Assembly: GCF_006345805.1 (NCBI RefSeq)
Contig: NW_021835348.1
Span: forward strand, 1 to 40,673
DNA length: 40,673 bases
Reading direction: 5' to 3'
From: Octopus sinensis
Taxonomy: Eukaryota
In this document: one piece after another, positions 24,718 through 34,550 of the stretch
Layout of the letters: every line of letters starts with the position of its first letter
Position numbering within the stretch: the first letter of the stretch is position 1
Position numbers and translations under genes: made by a program
Notes under the pieces: model-generated
The model's database searches: none
What the model saw: only the letters and a program-made list of their open reading frames with translations
Told to the model about the DNA's origin: nothing

Positions 24718-24830
24718 TATTCGACAATATCCACTTAAGTCAGCTGAAACTGGTTGCTTACAGGAAGAATCTTGGTCACTGATGCGATGGTGTGACGTTG
24801 TCCTCATATGACAAACGAGTTTATCGATTG
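24718..24830 (-). mobile_element. 3' fragment of family D repeat
   Basis: Reverse complement gacaacgtcacaccatcgcatcagtgaccaagattcttcctgtaag...ggatattgtcg aligns to 23337-23420. Confidence 0.6.
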
Positions 24831-24974
24831 ATTTCTGTTAATATAATAATTCAACCATATGCATTCTGAATAACCGTATATACAGAAATTACACAGCTAC
24901 ATGGCTTCGCAGTTTCACTTCGTATCCACTTTGCATTTGTCAAAATTTTGTCAACGCCATTAAAGATATCTGAA

Positions 24975-25130
24975 GATGCGCGGCCTAGAGGTTAACGTAT
25001 TCAGTAGACGATCATAACATCGTGGTTTCGTTTCTTGGAGCGAGCAGTGCTCATTGAGTGTTTGAATAACGCACTTTATTTCCCGTTGATCAAGTCTACT
25101 CAGCACAATATCAAAACCAGCTGAGTGCTT
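24975..25130 (+). mobile_element. Degenerate tRNA-headed SINE (family E)
   Basis: gatgcgcggcctagaggttaacgtattc...gtggtttcgtttcttggag is a decayed A/B-box head, followed by gcactttatttcccgttg. Similar decayed heads occur at about 25275-25420 and 30205-30450. Confidence 0.5.
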
Positions 25131-26047
25131 GTAAAGATCTTTCTCTTCTGGACTTGCCACTACGTCAAAGAGTGCCGGAGTCAAAAAGGCATATATGCCT
25201 ACTCGCAATTACATAGCCACCTATAACAATTAGCATGACAGATGCATTACTCGGGCGTGTGATGTATATGTTTTACTAAGGCCCGAGGATAAGAGGGTTG
25301 GCGTTTCCATTCACACTGATGATGCCGTACGTTCAATTTTCGGACCCTGCAAAGCGTTGAGTCCTTGGGCAAAGCACTTCATTTCACTCCGTTCCCGTCA
25401 AATTAGCCAACTGAAATTTAGTAGAAGAGTGCTAACACAGTGAGTTGTGTCTCTCTCTGTCTCTGTCTGTCTGTCTGTCTCTCTCTGTCTCTCTGTCTCT
25501 CTGTCTCTCTCTGTCTCTCTACTTCTGTCTGTCTTTCTTTCTACCGCCAGCTGTCACAATTCGGAATTGGATCTTGATCAGAGAATAGATGACCTAAGAT
25601 GGTGTTTATTTCTTCTCGTGAGTACAAAGGCACCAAAAAACAATTAGCGAACGCTAATTACATCTCAAAAAGCCACACCTGTTTGTGAGTAACGGCTGGC
25701 TTTACTATAAAAATCTAGAACTAATTTAAAGTGTCTTCACGTAAAAAAACAGTCGCTCAGTGATGAGAAAACAAAACTGAATCTTTGAAACGTGTTGCCA
25801 GTGATATTAAACAGTCAAAAGATAATATCATCATAGCAATAGAAAGAAGCTGCCGAAGCTGATTAGCCTTATGGTTATAAACAGTATTGGGGCTTACTGA
25901 ATCGAACTCTTAAAAAAATGTATTTACGACCTTATTTTGATAGAATATGAGAAAAATAGAAAAGAAAAAACTCTTTAAAAAGTGAGATTTCTGCATATCT
26001 AGTTTGTCCATGGATCCGCATCTGTTCAATTTGGTTTTCGGTTTTGG

Positions 26048-26086
<39 letters not shown>

Positions 26087-26088
<2 letters not shown>

Positions 26089-27171
26089 ATACTTTTATTT
26101 TCATAGGGCGCTTTCACTTCACTACCGAGAGCAGCTCTGTGTGGCTTATGGGGTGTGCTGTGGTTTGCTGTGATGCTCTTATGGTTACTGTAGTGAAAGT
26201 GTTTTGCGTAGGATGTGTGCAGTGCCCAGTAGTGCAATTTTCTGTGTTATATAAGTCCTGGTGTTTTTATGTATTTGTCTGAATATTTTTTATCATACCT
26301 AATGCACCTACTATGATAGGAATTGTTTCGGTTTTCAGATACCACATTCTAGTTCCAGGTTTTTGTATTTTGGAATTTTCTCCATTTCTTTCAGAGAAAC
26401 GTTGTCATCTGCTGGTATTGATACATCGATCAGAAAGCATTTTTTTCTTCGTGATCTCTGACAACTATATCTGACCTATTGGCCTTAATTTATTTGTGTG
26501 TATTGTCATATCCCAGAGTATGGTTGCTTTCTCGTTTTCTGTGACCTTTTCTGGCATAATCCTATACCATCTTTTTTCTGTTGTTATTCCATAGTGTTGG
26601 CATAGCTTCCAGTGTATGTAGGTCCCAAATCTGTCGTGTCTGTGAATATATGCCTTTTTAGCCTGGACTGGGAAGCCAGAGACAATATGATTTATTGTTT
26701 TTTATCCATCTTCACATATTCTGTAGTTACTTGTTATATTTCTTTTCATTACATGTTTGTGGTAATTTCTGGTGGGGAGGCTTTGGTCTTGTGCTGCAAT
26801 TAAAAATCCCTCTGTCTCTGTATTGAGTCCTGAGCTTCTCAACCATTGCTGGATTTTTCTTTGTCTATTTCTTTTGCATTTAGTTTAGTCCAGTATTTGC
26901 CATGAAGGGGCTTTTCTCGCCATCGGTTCATCATGGACCGTTGCTGTTCTAGTTTTAGTTTGAATTTCATTTGTTTTATATCTTTTGTTGTTTTTCTTCT
27001 TCTTCATATTGGTTAGATAGTATGATTTTTTTTTGTTTGTATTTGTCAGCTTCCTTAAATACTGAAAACAGTTTTTTTATTTGCTCGTGTTTTGTGGCTA
27101 TTTGTATTAGTTTTCCTTGCTTCTGAAGTAGGTATTTTTGCAGTCCTATGGTGTTTATTTTATAATAGTTC
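26087..27171 (-). mobile_element. 5'-truncated R4/Dong-clade non-LTR retrotransposon (REL endonuclease region plus 3' UTR), decayed
   Basis: Minus-strand peptides WREKPLHGKYW, ETEGFLIAAQDQSLPTRNY, LWDMTIHT, ANRSDIVV, CFLIDVSIPADDN, ETIPIIVGALGMIK and QKIALLGTAHILRKTLS. Flanked by (TAA)n on both sides (26050-26086 and about 27172-27220). Confidence 0.88.
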
Positions 27172-27178
27172 ATTATTA

Positions 27179-27219
<41 letters not shown>

Positions 27220-27237
27220 GCGATTATCATCATCATT

Positions 27238-27569
27238 GGAGTGCTGGCACAATCGTTAGCACACTGAATGAAATGCTAAGCGGTATTTCGCCGTCGCTAC
27301 TTTCTGAGATCAAATTCCGCTCAGGTCGACTTTGCCTTTCATCCTTTCAGATCCCGATGAAATAAGTACTAGTGAAACACTGGTGTCGATGTAACCGACT
27401 AGTCTCCTCCCCCTAAATTTCAGGCCTTGTGCCTATAGCAGAAAGGATTAACATTTGCTTTTCAACCTTTCAGTGTCGATAAATCAAGTACAGTTGCGTA
27501 CTGGGGTCGTTTCAATCGACTGGCCCCCTCCCCAAGTTTCAAGCCTTATACCTATAGTAGAAAGGATTA

Positions 27570-27570
<1 letters not shown>
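27238..27570 (+). mobile_element. A' SINE (27238-27450) plus a tandem partial second copy (27451-27570) ending in a (TTA)n tail
   Basis: Both copies end cctatag(c/t)agaaaggatta and share the core ctttcatcctttc...agtac...ctggggtcg...atcgact. Confidence 0.75.
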
Positions 27571-27610
<40 letters not shown>

Positions 27611-27637
27611 AATAATAATAATATAATAATAATGATA

Positions 27638-27716
<79 letters not shown>

Positions 27717-27821
27717 GATAATAATAATGATATAATAATAATAATAATAATATAATAATAATAATAATAATAATGATGATAATAATAATAATAATATAAT
27801 AATAATGATATAATAATAATA

Positions 27822-27900
<79 letters not shown>

Positions 27901-27920
27901 GATAATAATAATGATAATCA
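27566..27920. repeat. (ATT)n array switching directly to a long (AAT)n array (palindromic junction at about 27607)
   Basis: Directly visible ...tattattaataataa... Confidence 0.95.
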
Positions 27921-27948
27921 TATTTCAAGATTGCAGTCTTCGCAATGG

Positions 27949-28680
27949 TAAAGAAACAAAAAGAGCGCGACTGTTATTGGTAATAAACAGAGATTGACTC
28001 TGTTTATTAAAATGAAAATGAAGCGAATGAACAATATTTCGACATTCCGTGTCTCTTTTACAGGTTCAAAATCTAAAATTAAATTTAAAGATAAGGAACG
28101 CTGAAACATTCAAAATTCAACCGGAATAACTGCGTTTCTTTCGAAGTAAACCTACGTCAACAGTCTTCGGTCTTTCACAAAATGTAGCAGAAGGAAGGCA
28201 CTCGAAACCGATTCAGTTGTTTAACGGATAAAAATGCCGTTTTCTCATTATCCGATTCGTACTTGAATGACAAAATTTTCCTTGGTTCAGGATCTAGCTC
28301 AATACTACCAATCTGCGAAAGCAGCAAGGCTGATAAACCAACGGGCAAAAAGGAACAAAACGCAAAAGTTGGAAAATAAGAAAATGAAATTTTTATCCGT
28401 TAAACAACTGAATCGGTTTCCTGTGCCTTCCTTCTGCTATCTTTTGTGAGAGACCGAAGACTGATGACGTCATTTTACTTGGAAAGAAACGGAGTAATTT
28501 CAGTTTAATTTTGAAAGTTTCAGCGTTTCCTATATGTGAATTTAAGTTAATTTTACATCTCGAACCTGTAAAAGACACACGGAATGTCGAAATATTGTTC
28601 ATTCGCTTCATTTTCATTTTAATAAACAGAGTCAATCTCTATTTTTTACAAATAACAGTCACGCTCTTCTTCTTGTTTGT
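27949..28680. repeat. Large fold-back element, about 290-bp arms and 155-bp spacer
   Basis: 27949-28235 aligns to the reverse complement of about 28390-28680, with perfect blocks of 64 bp (27989-28052) and 32 bp (28204-28235). Confidence 0.92.
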
Positions 28681-28730
28681 TTTATTATCGTTATTATTAT
28701 TGATATTATTATTATCATTATTATTATTAT

Positions 28731-28995
28731 CTTTTTTTTTCTTCTTTCAAATTTGCTTCCATTTCTTGCCGAGTGTCTTCCCGATTCCTAGGGCAAAGAA
28801 ACTCATAGTATACATTGGTAGGCCATTAAACTAAACTCACTAGTTCGTTCATTTTTTTTTTTAAGTTAAATTAAAATACATGGGTAGTAATAGTTCTCAC
28901 ATCGACAATGCTCTTCTCAATACGTGTGATGTACCAGTTAAGACAATCTTTTGCACTTCTTGCAGGGATGGTAAGCCAGGGATCATTCTCATATA
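28731..28995 (-). mobile_element. Short 3' end of a second R4/Dong-type subfamily
   Basis: Open minus frame MRMIPGLPSLQEVQKIVLTGTSHVLRRALSM* (28992-28897), then a 3' UTR ending in an A-run. (TAA)n arrays lie on both sides (28681-28730 and about 28996-29058). Confidence 0.8.
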
Positions 28996-28996
28996 A

Positions 28997-29057
<61 letters not shown>

Positions 29058-30158
29058 TAGGGTGGTGAGCTTCCACTAAAAGAGATACCGGTATGATAAG
29101 TCCTAGACTTTAAAAAAAGATAAGTACCGAGGTTAATTTGGTCGACTGCAGCGTAATGAGTGAAACTAGTAAATGATAAAAAAAACAAAAGCTGTATAAT
29201 AGTCTTCATATATGTATGCATCTAAGTATACACGTACATATGTAGGTATATGTGTGTGTACATACGTATTTAGGAATGCAAAAGTTTAAGTATGTATGTA
29301 TATATGTAGTTGCGAATACATGTACGCATGTAGGAATATAAGCGTATGTATATATATATATGTAGACATGTATGTTTGTATATATATTTGTTGGTATGTG
29401 TCTAAGTATCAATGTAGAGGTCTATGTATGTATATTAGTATGCGCGATTTTATATGTGCATGTACTTACGTATGGAGTATAGTGTGCATGTCTACATGTT
29501 TATATGTATGAATATAGGAACATATGCAAGAGTGGGTGTTCATCGGCTCTGAATAATAATAATCTAGAAACGAGTTTATAAAGGTAATGTTTTATGTAAA
29601 ACTGTTTAAATTTATTTCAGAACGATCAAGAGTTTTATATTCAGAACGTGTACCATTTAGCAAATTATGTGTTCAGAGACATTACAAAGAGCACACACTG
29701 CTTCTGATGTTTTATTGACTCACTTTGTTTTGTAAAATTATCGTTGGTCTTGTTGTAATAATGTTTACGTAATTTTGTATTATAAATATATTACATAAAT
29801 ATCGTTCCTAGCCATAAATACAAATTGTTTTCCTGATAATATAAATGTGTTTACGTAGAGTGTTATTCATATTTAGCGTTACTTAATTGAATTGCATCCT
29901 GTTATGAATTATGCTTGTTGTCTTTCGTTCAAAGTGTTTTGGTGCATCAAAAGCTTTCTTCATAAATGTGTTTATTATATATCCATACTCATATAAATAT
30001 GCTTATTTTTATATCCATGCTCATATAGATATATTTAGATTGTATCTTATATCTATATGCTCATATGAATATATTTGTAAAATATTTGTACAAATATGCT
30101 ATTTGTGTGTGTGTGTATATGCCCGTAGATGCATATATAGGCACTCACACATAGGTGA

Positions 30159-30191
<33 letters not shown>

Positions 30192-30204
30192 GAATATGCT
30201 ATCA

Positions 30205-30450
30205 CTAGGCGTGTGGCCTTGTAGTCAGGCTGCTGCACACACGATGGCTAGATTGTAGTTTCGATTCCCAGACCGGCCGGCGGGTTTAGTTTACAAGTAA
30301 AAATCAATTACTTTCACATTGCTCCGTTCCCCTTTCGATCAAGGGAGTGTGTTGACTGAGCCAGCGGGGTGACATTGTCGATGGCTAAAACAATGAAAAA
30401 TGTGTATTATGACTAGCGATGTGTAACAACATCTGATAGTCTGGTCAGTC
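30205..30450 (+). mobile_element. Degenerate tRNA-headed SINE (family E-like)
   Basis: ggcgtgtggccttgtagtcagg...gtagtttcgattcccagaccgg head with a B-box, followed by a non-repetitive body. Confidence 0.5.
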
Positions 30451-31246
30451 ATATCCCGCGACACACATACACACACATGTATATACATACACACACACAT
30501 ATATATATATATAGGTGTGAATGTAATGGGAAGAAAGTTGTGTGTACATATATGCATATGTGTGCATACTTGTGTTACGGTATGCGATTGAACATTTTGC
30601 GCTTTTCAACTGTTCTGAGTTCGATGCCACTGTACCGTAACTTAGTCAAGGGTCGCTCTCTCATTAACCTCCGATCTTTACAAGATATTGATTTAGTACT
30701 AGATTATCCTATGTTTTTTGTAAAGGACCAGGTCAGTTGTATTTTTAGGGAATTACACGCAGCTAATTATAGGTCCCAAATCTATAAACAACAATAAAGT
30801 CGGCCAATACAGATAGAATTGCAAGGCAAGGACTGGTTGCTCTCTGAATAGAAAGTACTTACTTAAAGAAAAATACAAGTGCAAACCATATATTCTGAAG
30901 AACGTGCAGTAGCAGTAGTATTGATTAACAACACGTTTATGGCTAGATTCAGGTAACACGTTCATTCAGAATAAAATAAACATCTCTCGCGAAATATGTT
31001 TGTAGGAAAGCCGGATCCCATGATAAGATTGAATATTAAAGCAAATCAAGCGTTAGCAGACAGCGTTTATATGTTACCGCAACATAAGACCTTGGTCGTA
31101 ACTTGTATAATATCTAACAAGGAATTAATGTTTCTCGACACATTTCTACTAAATTTAACACACATTCCTTCAAGATTATTCCTGCAGTACCAAACTACCA
31201 ACTTCAAACGACTGAAAGACGATTGACGACATAAAAGTTGAGACAG

Positions 31247-31258
31247 TGTCACGTGACA
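31247..31258. promoter_or_regulatory. Palindromic E-box TGTCACGTGACA (CLEAR/USF-type GTCACGTGAC core)
   Basis: Perfect 12-bp palindrome at the start of a GC-richer block. Function not shown. Confidence 0.3.
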
Positions 31259-31447
31259 ACTTGCTGGGGCTGCCTGCTGGAGTCTGCAAGCAGGTATTTA
31301 AAGAGAAACAATTTTGACAAGGCAGTCAGTCGCCTGCTGACACTCGCTGACGATACATCGAAGAGGCCAGGGAACAGAAGAAAGAAGAGGAAAGAAGACA
31401 TGCACCCAACACCAGAGCTAAAGACACCTCTGAAAGTGGGGGGGGGG

Positions 31448-32087
31448 CACATCAAAACAGTAGAGGAGTAGGGGCCGAAACTGATGATGTCTTGAGCTAA
31501 TTGGATCCTATAAAGGAGATGTTGTGGTAGCAGACCACGAAACACAGTTGAAATTCATCAAACTCGATGCATAAAATAAAATATAAACTGCTACTATCAA
31601 ATAAGTAGAGACTCTCCCTTTCCTCCGAAGAAAAAAAGAACCATCTTTTTACGGACTCCGTAGGATAGAAACAATACAAAAGGACGCACCTGCATAACTT
31701 TTATCGCAATTAGAAACATCTCCGAAAATTATTTTTCCGAATTCTTATTTTCGCTGAGTATTATCTTTGCTAATTATTTTTCATTGTTATTTTGCTAATT
31801 ATTTTTAGTAATTATAAAACATTTGGCTATTTTATTAGTGTTAATAAATGGAGCAACAAGGATTTTAAAATTAAGTGAGACTATTAAATTCCCGCGTGTA
31901 AAAAAATGCTTCCTGAAAACTTTATTTTTAGGAAGTATTCACAGAATCAGGAGAATGGAAATGAATTACAACCGTGTTTCGTGGTCTGCTACCACAACAG
32001 TTCCTTTATAGGATCCAGTTAGCTCAAGACATCATCAGGAGGAACCACGTCCGGTTTCGGCCCCTTCTCCTCTACCGTTTTGACGTG
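31448..32087. repeat. Inverted repeat pair (31448-31558 and 31961-32087) with a 402-bp spacer; Penelope-like terminal-repeat appearance
   Basis: Arms align except for a 16-nt indel. They contain ctgatgatgtc...gtggtagcagaccacgaaacac. Confidence 0.85.
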
Positions 32088-32292
32088 GCGGATTACTCGT
32101 CAGAGTAATCCATTCTGTCGCCCGAATAACCGCATGGACGTGAAACATTAATGATACACGAAAGGTACCTATCAGTGACTTTTTAATTGTCTCTGCCTCC
32201 TTACGGTAGTATATAGCTATCTATGTATTTTTTATGTAAATACACACACACACAAGCACACGCACACACCACATACACACACTCACATACAC

Positions 32293-32667
32293 CTATTTCT
32301 TTACTACCCACAAGGGGCTAAACACAAAGAGAACAAACAAGTACAGACAAACGGATTAAGTCGATTATATCCCCGAAAGGATGAAATGCGAAGTCTACCT
32401 CGGCGGAATTTGAACTCAGAACGTAGCGGCAGACGAAATACCTATTTCTTTATTACCCACAAGGGGCTAAACACAGAGGGGAACAAACAAGGACAGACAT
32501 AGGTATTAAGTCGATTACATCGACCCCAGTGCGTAACTGGTACTTAATTTATCGACCCCGAAAGGATGAAAGGGCAAGTCGACCTCGGCGGAATTTGAAC
32601 TCAGAACGTAGCGGCAGACGAAATACCGCTAAGCATTTCGCCCAGCGCGCTAACGTTTCTGCCAGAT
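32293..32667 (-). mobile_element. SINE family A head-to-tail dimer; second body internally deleted
   Basis: Junction aaagaaatag|gtatttcgtctgccg at 32442|32441. Body 2 lacks the segment between the two atcgacccc-like repeats. Confidence 0.9.
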
Positions 32668-32921
32668 CACATACATCATATACACACACGAATTATGCAT
32701 GCACGTATATAGGAGTAACGGTGGCGCGGAATTAATACAATAATGAATATATTTATCACAATTTGTTTTTAGTCATTTTCGGATTTGGACCATGCATTCT
32801 GAGATGCGTTTGGCACTTCAAGCCCAGAAATCACTATATGCAGTCAAATTCCGTGTTAAATTCCGCCTTATATACAAATCACATACATGGGTACTGTATA
32901 TAACTTATATATCGCTTCAGA

Positions 32922-33152
32922 AGGCGGCGAGCTGGCAGAAACGTTAGCACGCCGGGCGAAATGCTTAGCCGTATTTCGTCTGCCGTTACGTTCTGAGTTC
33001 AAATCCCGCCGAGGTCGACTTTGCCTTTCATCCTTTCGGGGTCGATTAAATAAGTACCAGTTACGCACTGGGGTCGATATAATCGACTTAATCCCTTTGT
33101 CTGTCCTTGTTTGTCCCCTCTGTGTTTAGCCCCTTGTGGGTAGTAAAGAAAT
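32922..33152 (+). mobile_element. SINE family A, monomer
   Basis: Full head, B-box, core and tail, followed by (TA)n. Confidence 0.93.
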
Positions 33153-33403
33153 ATATATATCCCTTCAGTAGTGTTTAAAGATTTGTGATACTTGTAGGTA
33201 CATTCAATGTAACCATAATATTACAGATGGCGTGTTTGTTCCTTGCATGCCTCAATTAAGGAATAGAGATATCTAATAGTCAATGTGTCTTAATTGCACA
33301 GTAATTTGGTAGCATATCACTATATAGTGTCTGCCTATCTGTTTTTCTCTCTCTTCTCTCTCTTCTCTCCCTCTGTCTGTCTGTCTCTGTCTCTGTCTGT
33401 ATG

Positions 33404-33434
<31 letters not shown>

Positions 33435-33466
33435 TTGGTATACATTCTCATTTTGTAACAACATAC

Positions 33467-33605
33467 TTTCCGTGAAGCACCCATTTTTTCTACAATTGTA
33501 ATCCCACCTTTGCCAAGCTTCATATTAAAAGCATCATTAACAATTACCCAACAGGAAATACGGGCCGTGAATGCCACGACAAGGTCTGTTATCAGGAGAT
33601 ATTTC
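33467..33605 (-). CDS. Candidate internal coding exon, unknown product
   Basis: Acceptor atatttacag, donor AAA|gtatgt, 139 nt, GC-richer than its flanks. Open as (x)KYLLITDLVVAFTARISCWVIVNDAFNMKLGKGGITIVEKMGASRK (phase 2 to 0). An alternative shorter phase-0 reading is EISPDNRPCRGIHGPYFLL with donor G|gtaatt. Confidence 0.35.
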
Positions 33606-34439
33606 CTGTAAATATATTATAATTATCAAGCTTAGATTTGAGAAACAAATTGTCATTTTCTTTAAATGAATTATCGCTATTTGTGGAGCCAGCGCAGTGA
33701 AACGTTTGTCTGTGAAACAGATTTAAACCCGACTGAAGGATAACAACGTTGAGGATTTACAAACACCTCAATTTAGATTTGATGTACTAACACGATAACC
33801 TCGGTGGTTATGTCAAACTTTGTGCCCAAATTTCAGCTACTGTTAGAAACAAAAACGATCAAAACACTGGATTATATAGTTCGGGGTACATTATACCTGA
33901 AAATATAGAATGTAATGCTCATAAGTGGAATAGTTTAATTATAAGCCGGTTCGATCAGAGACCTGAAAATAAAAATGAGTTAACAACAGCTGGAACAGTT
34001 TTATCATAAATTTGATTAGATAAAACAAAATCCAAGAAAACTGGAGGTTGTCTGCGTCGGTAAGACTTGTACTGTTTAGAAAAAGCGACAAAAAGATAAC
34101 AATGAGTTGCGAGTGAAGTATCCAATGTTTTGGACAGTGCCCTTCGGGTTAAAGATGACACGAAGTAAATAAAGGAAAAACAATAGAGTTTTATATCCTC
34201 TTTTCTTGAGATGATGTAAAACTCAACTGTTTTATCTTTTATTCCTCTTGTGATCTTGAAGAAGAACTCTATCGAAAATATTGGAAACTCAAGAACCTCG
34301 GCATTTTCACTGGTTTAATTATGTCGATCAGAGACATTATGCCTGAAAATAGATGTGGAAGAATCGTAGCTAGAAAACATTTTAACATGAACTGCAAGAA
34401 ATTAGAATTCAAATAAAAAGAGAACAAACTGTTACTCAC

Positions 34440-34550
34440 CCGCCGGTCCCGAGCAGCTCTCAGTTTGGCTGCTTCCTCCGATATAGGCCTAAATGCACTT
34501 TTCCCCCGAAGTTCCTTTAGTACTTTCAGCATGATTATTTTATTTTTGGC
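34440..34550 (-). CDS. Protein-coding exon of an unidentified gene (111 nt, phase 0-0; possible ATG at 34532)
   Basis: Acceptor ctaactttcag, consensus donor CGG|gtgagt, length divisible by 3, only one frame open: AKNKIIMLKVLKELRGKSAFRPISEEAAKLRAARDRR. Locally GC-rich. Confidence 0.55.

Noticed and set aside
24960-25208. 82-aa complex-looking minus-strand ORF
   Set aside because: It overlaps antisense a decayed tRNA-headed SINE (24975-25130) and lacks good splice signals.
27484-27928. Poly-Ile, poly-Tyr and poly-Leu ORFs of 129-145 aa
   Set aside because: Translations of the (AAT)n array.
28393-28834. ORFs within the large fold-back arms
   Set aside because: The mirror arm has the frame interrupted, and arm differences show no evident synonymous bias.
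31481-31550. Complete hammerhead ribozyme in the 31448/31961 inverted repeat
   Set aside because: CTGATGA is not adjacent to the stem preceding GAAA, and no stem I could be formed.
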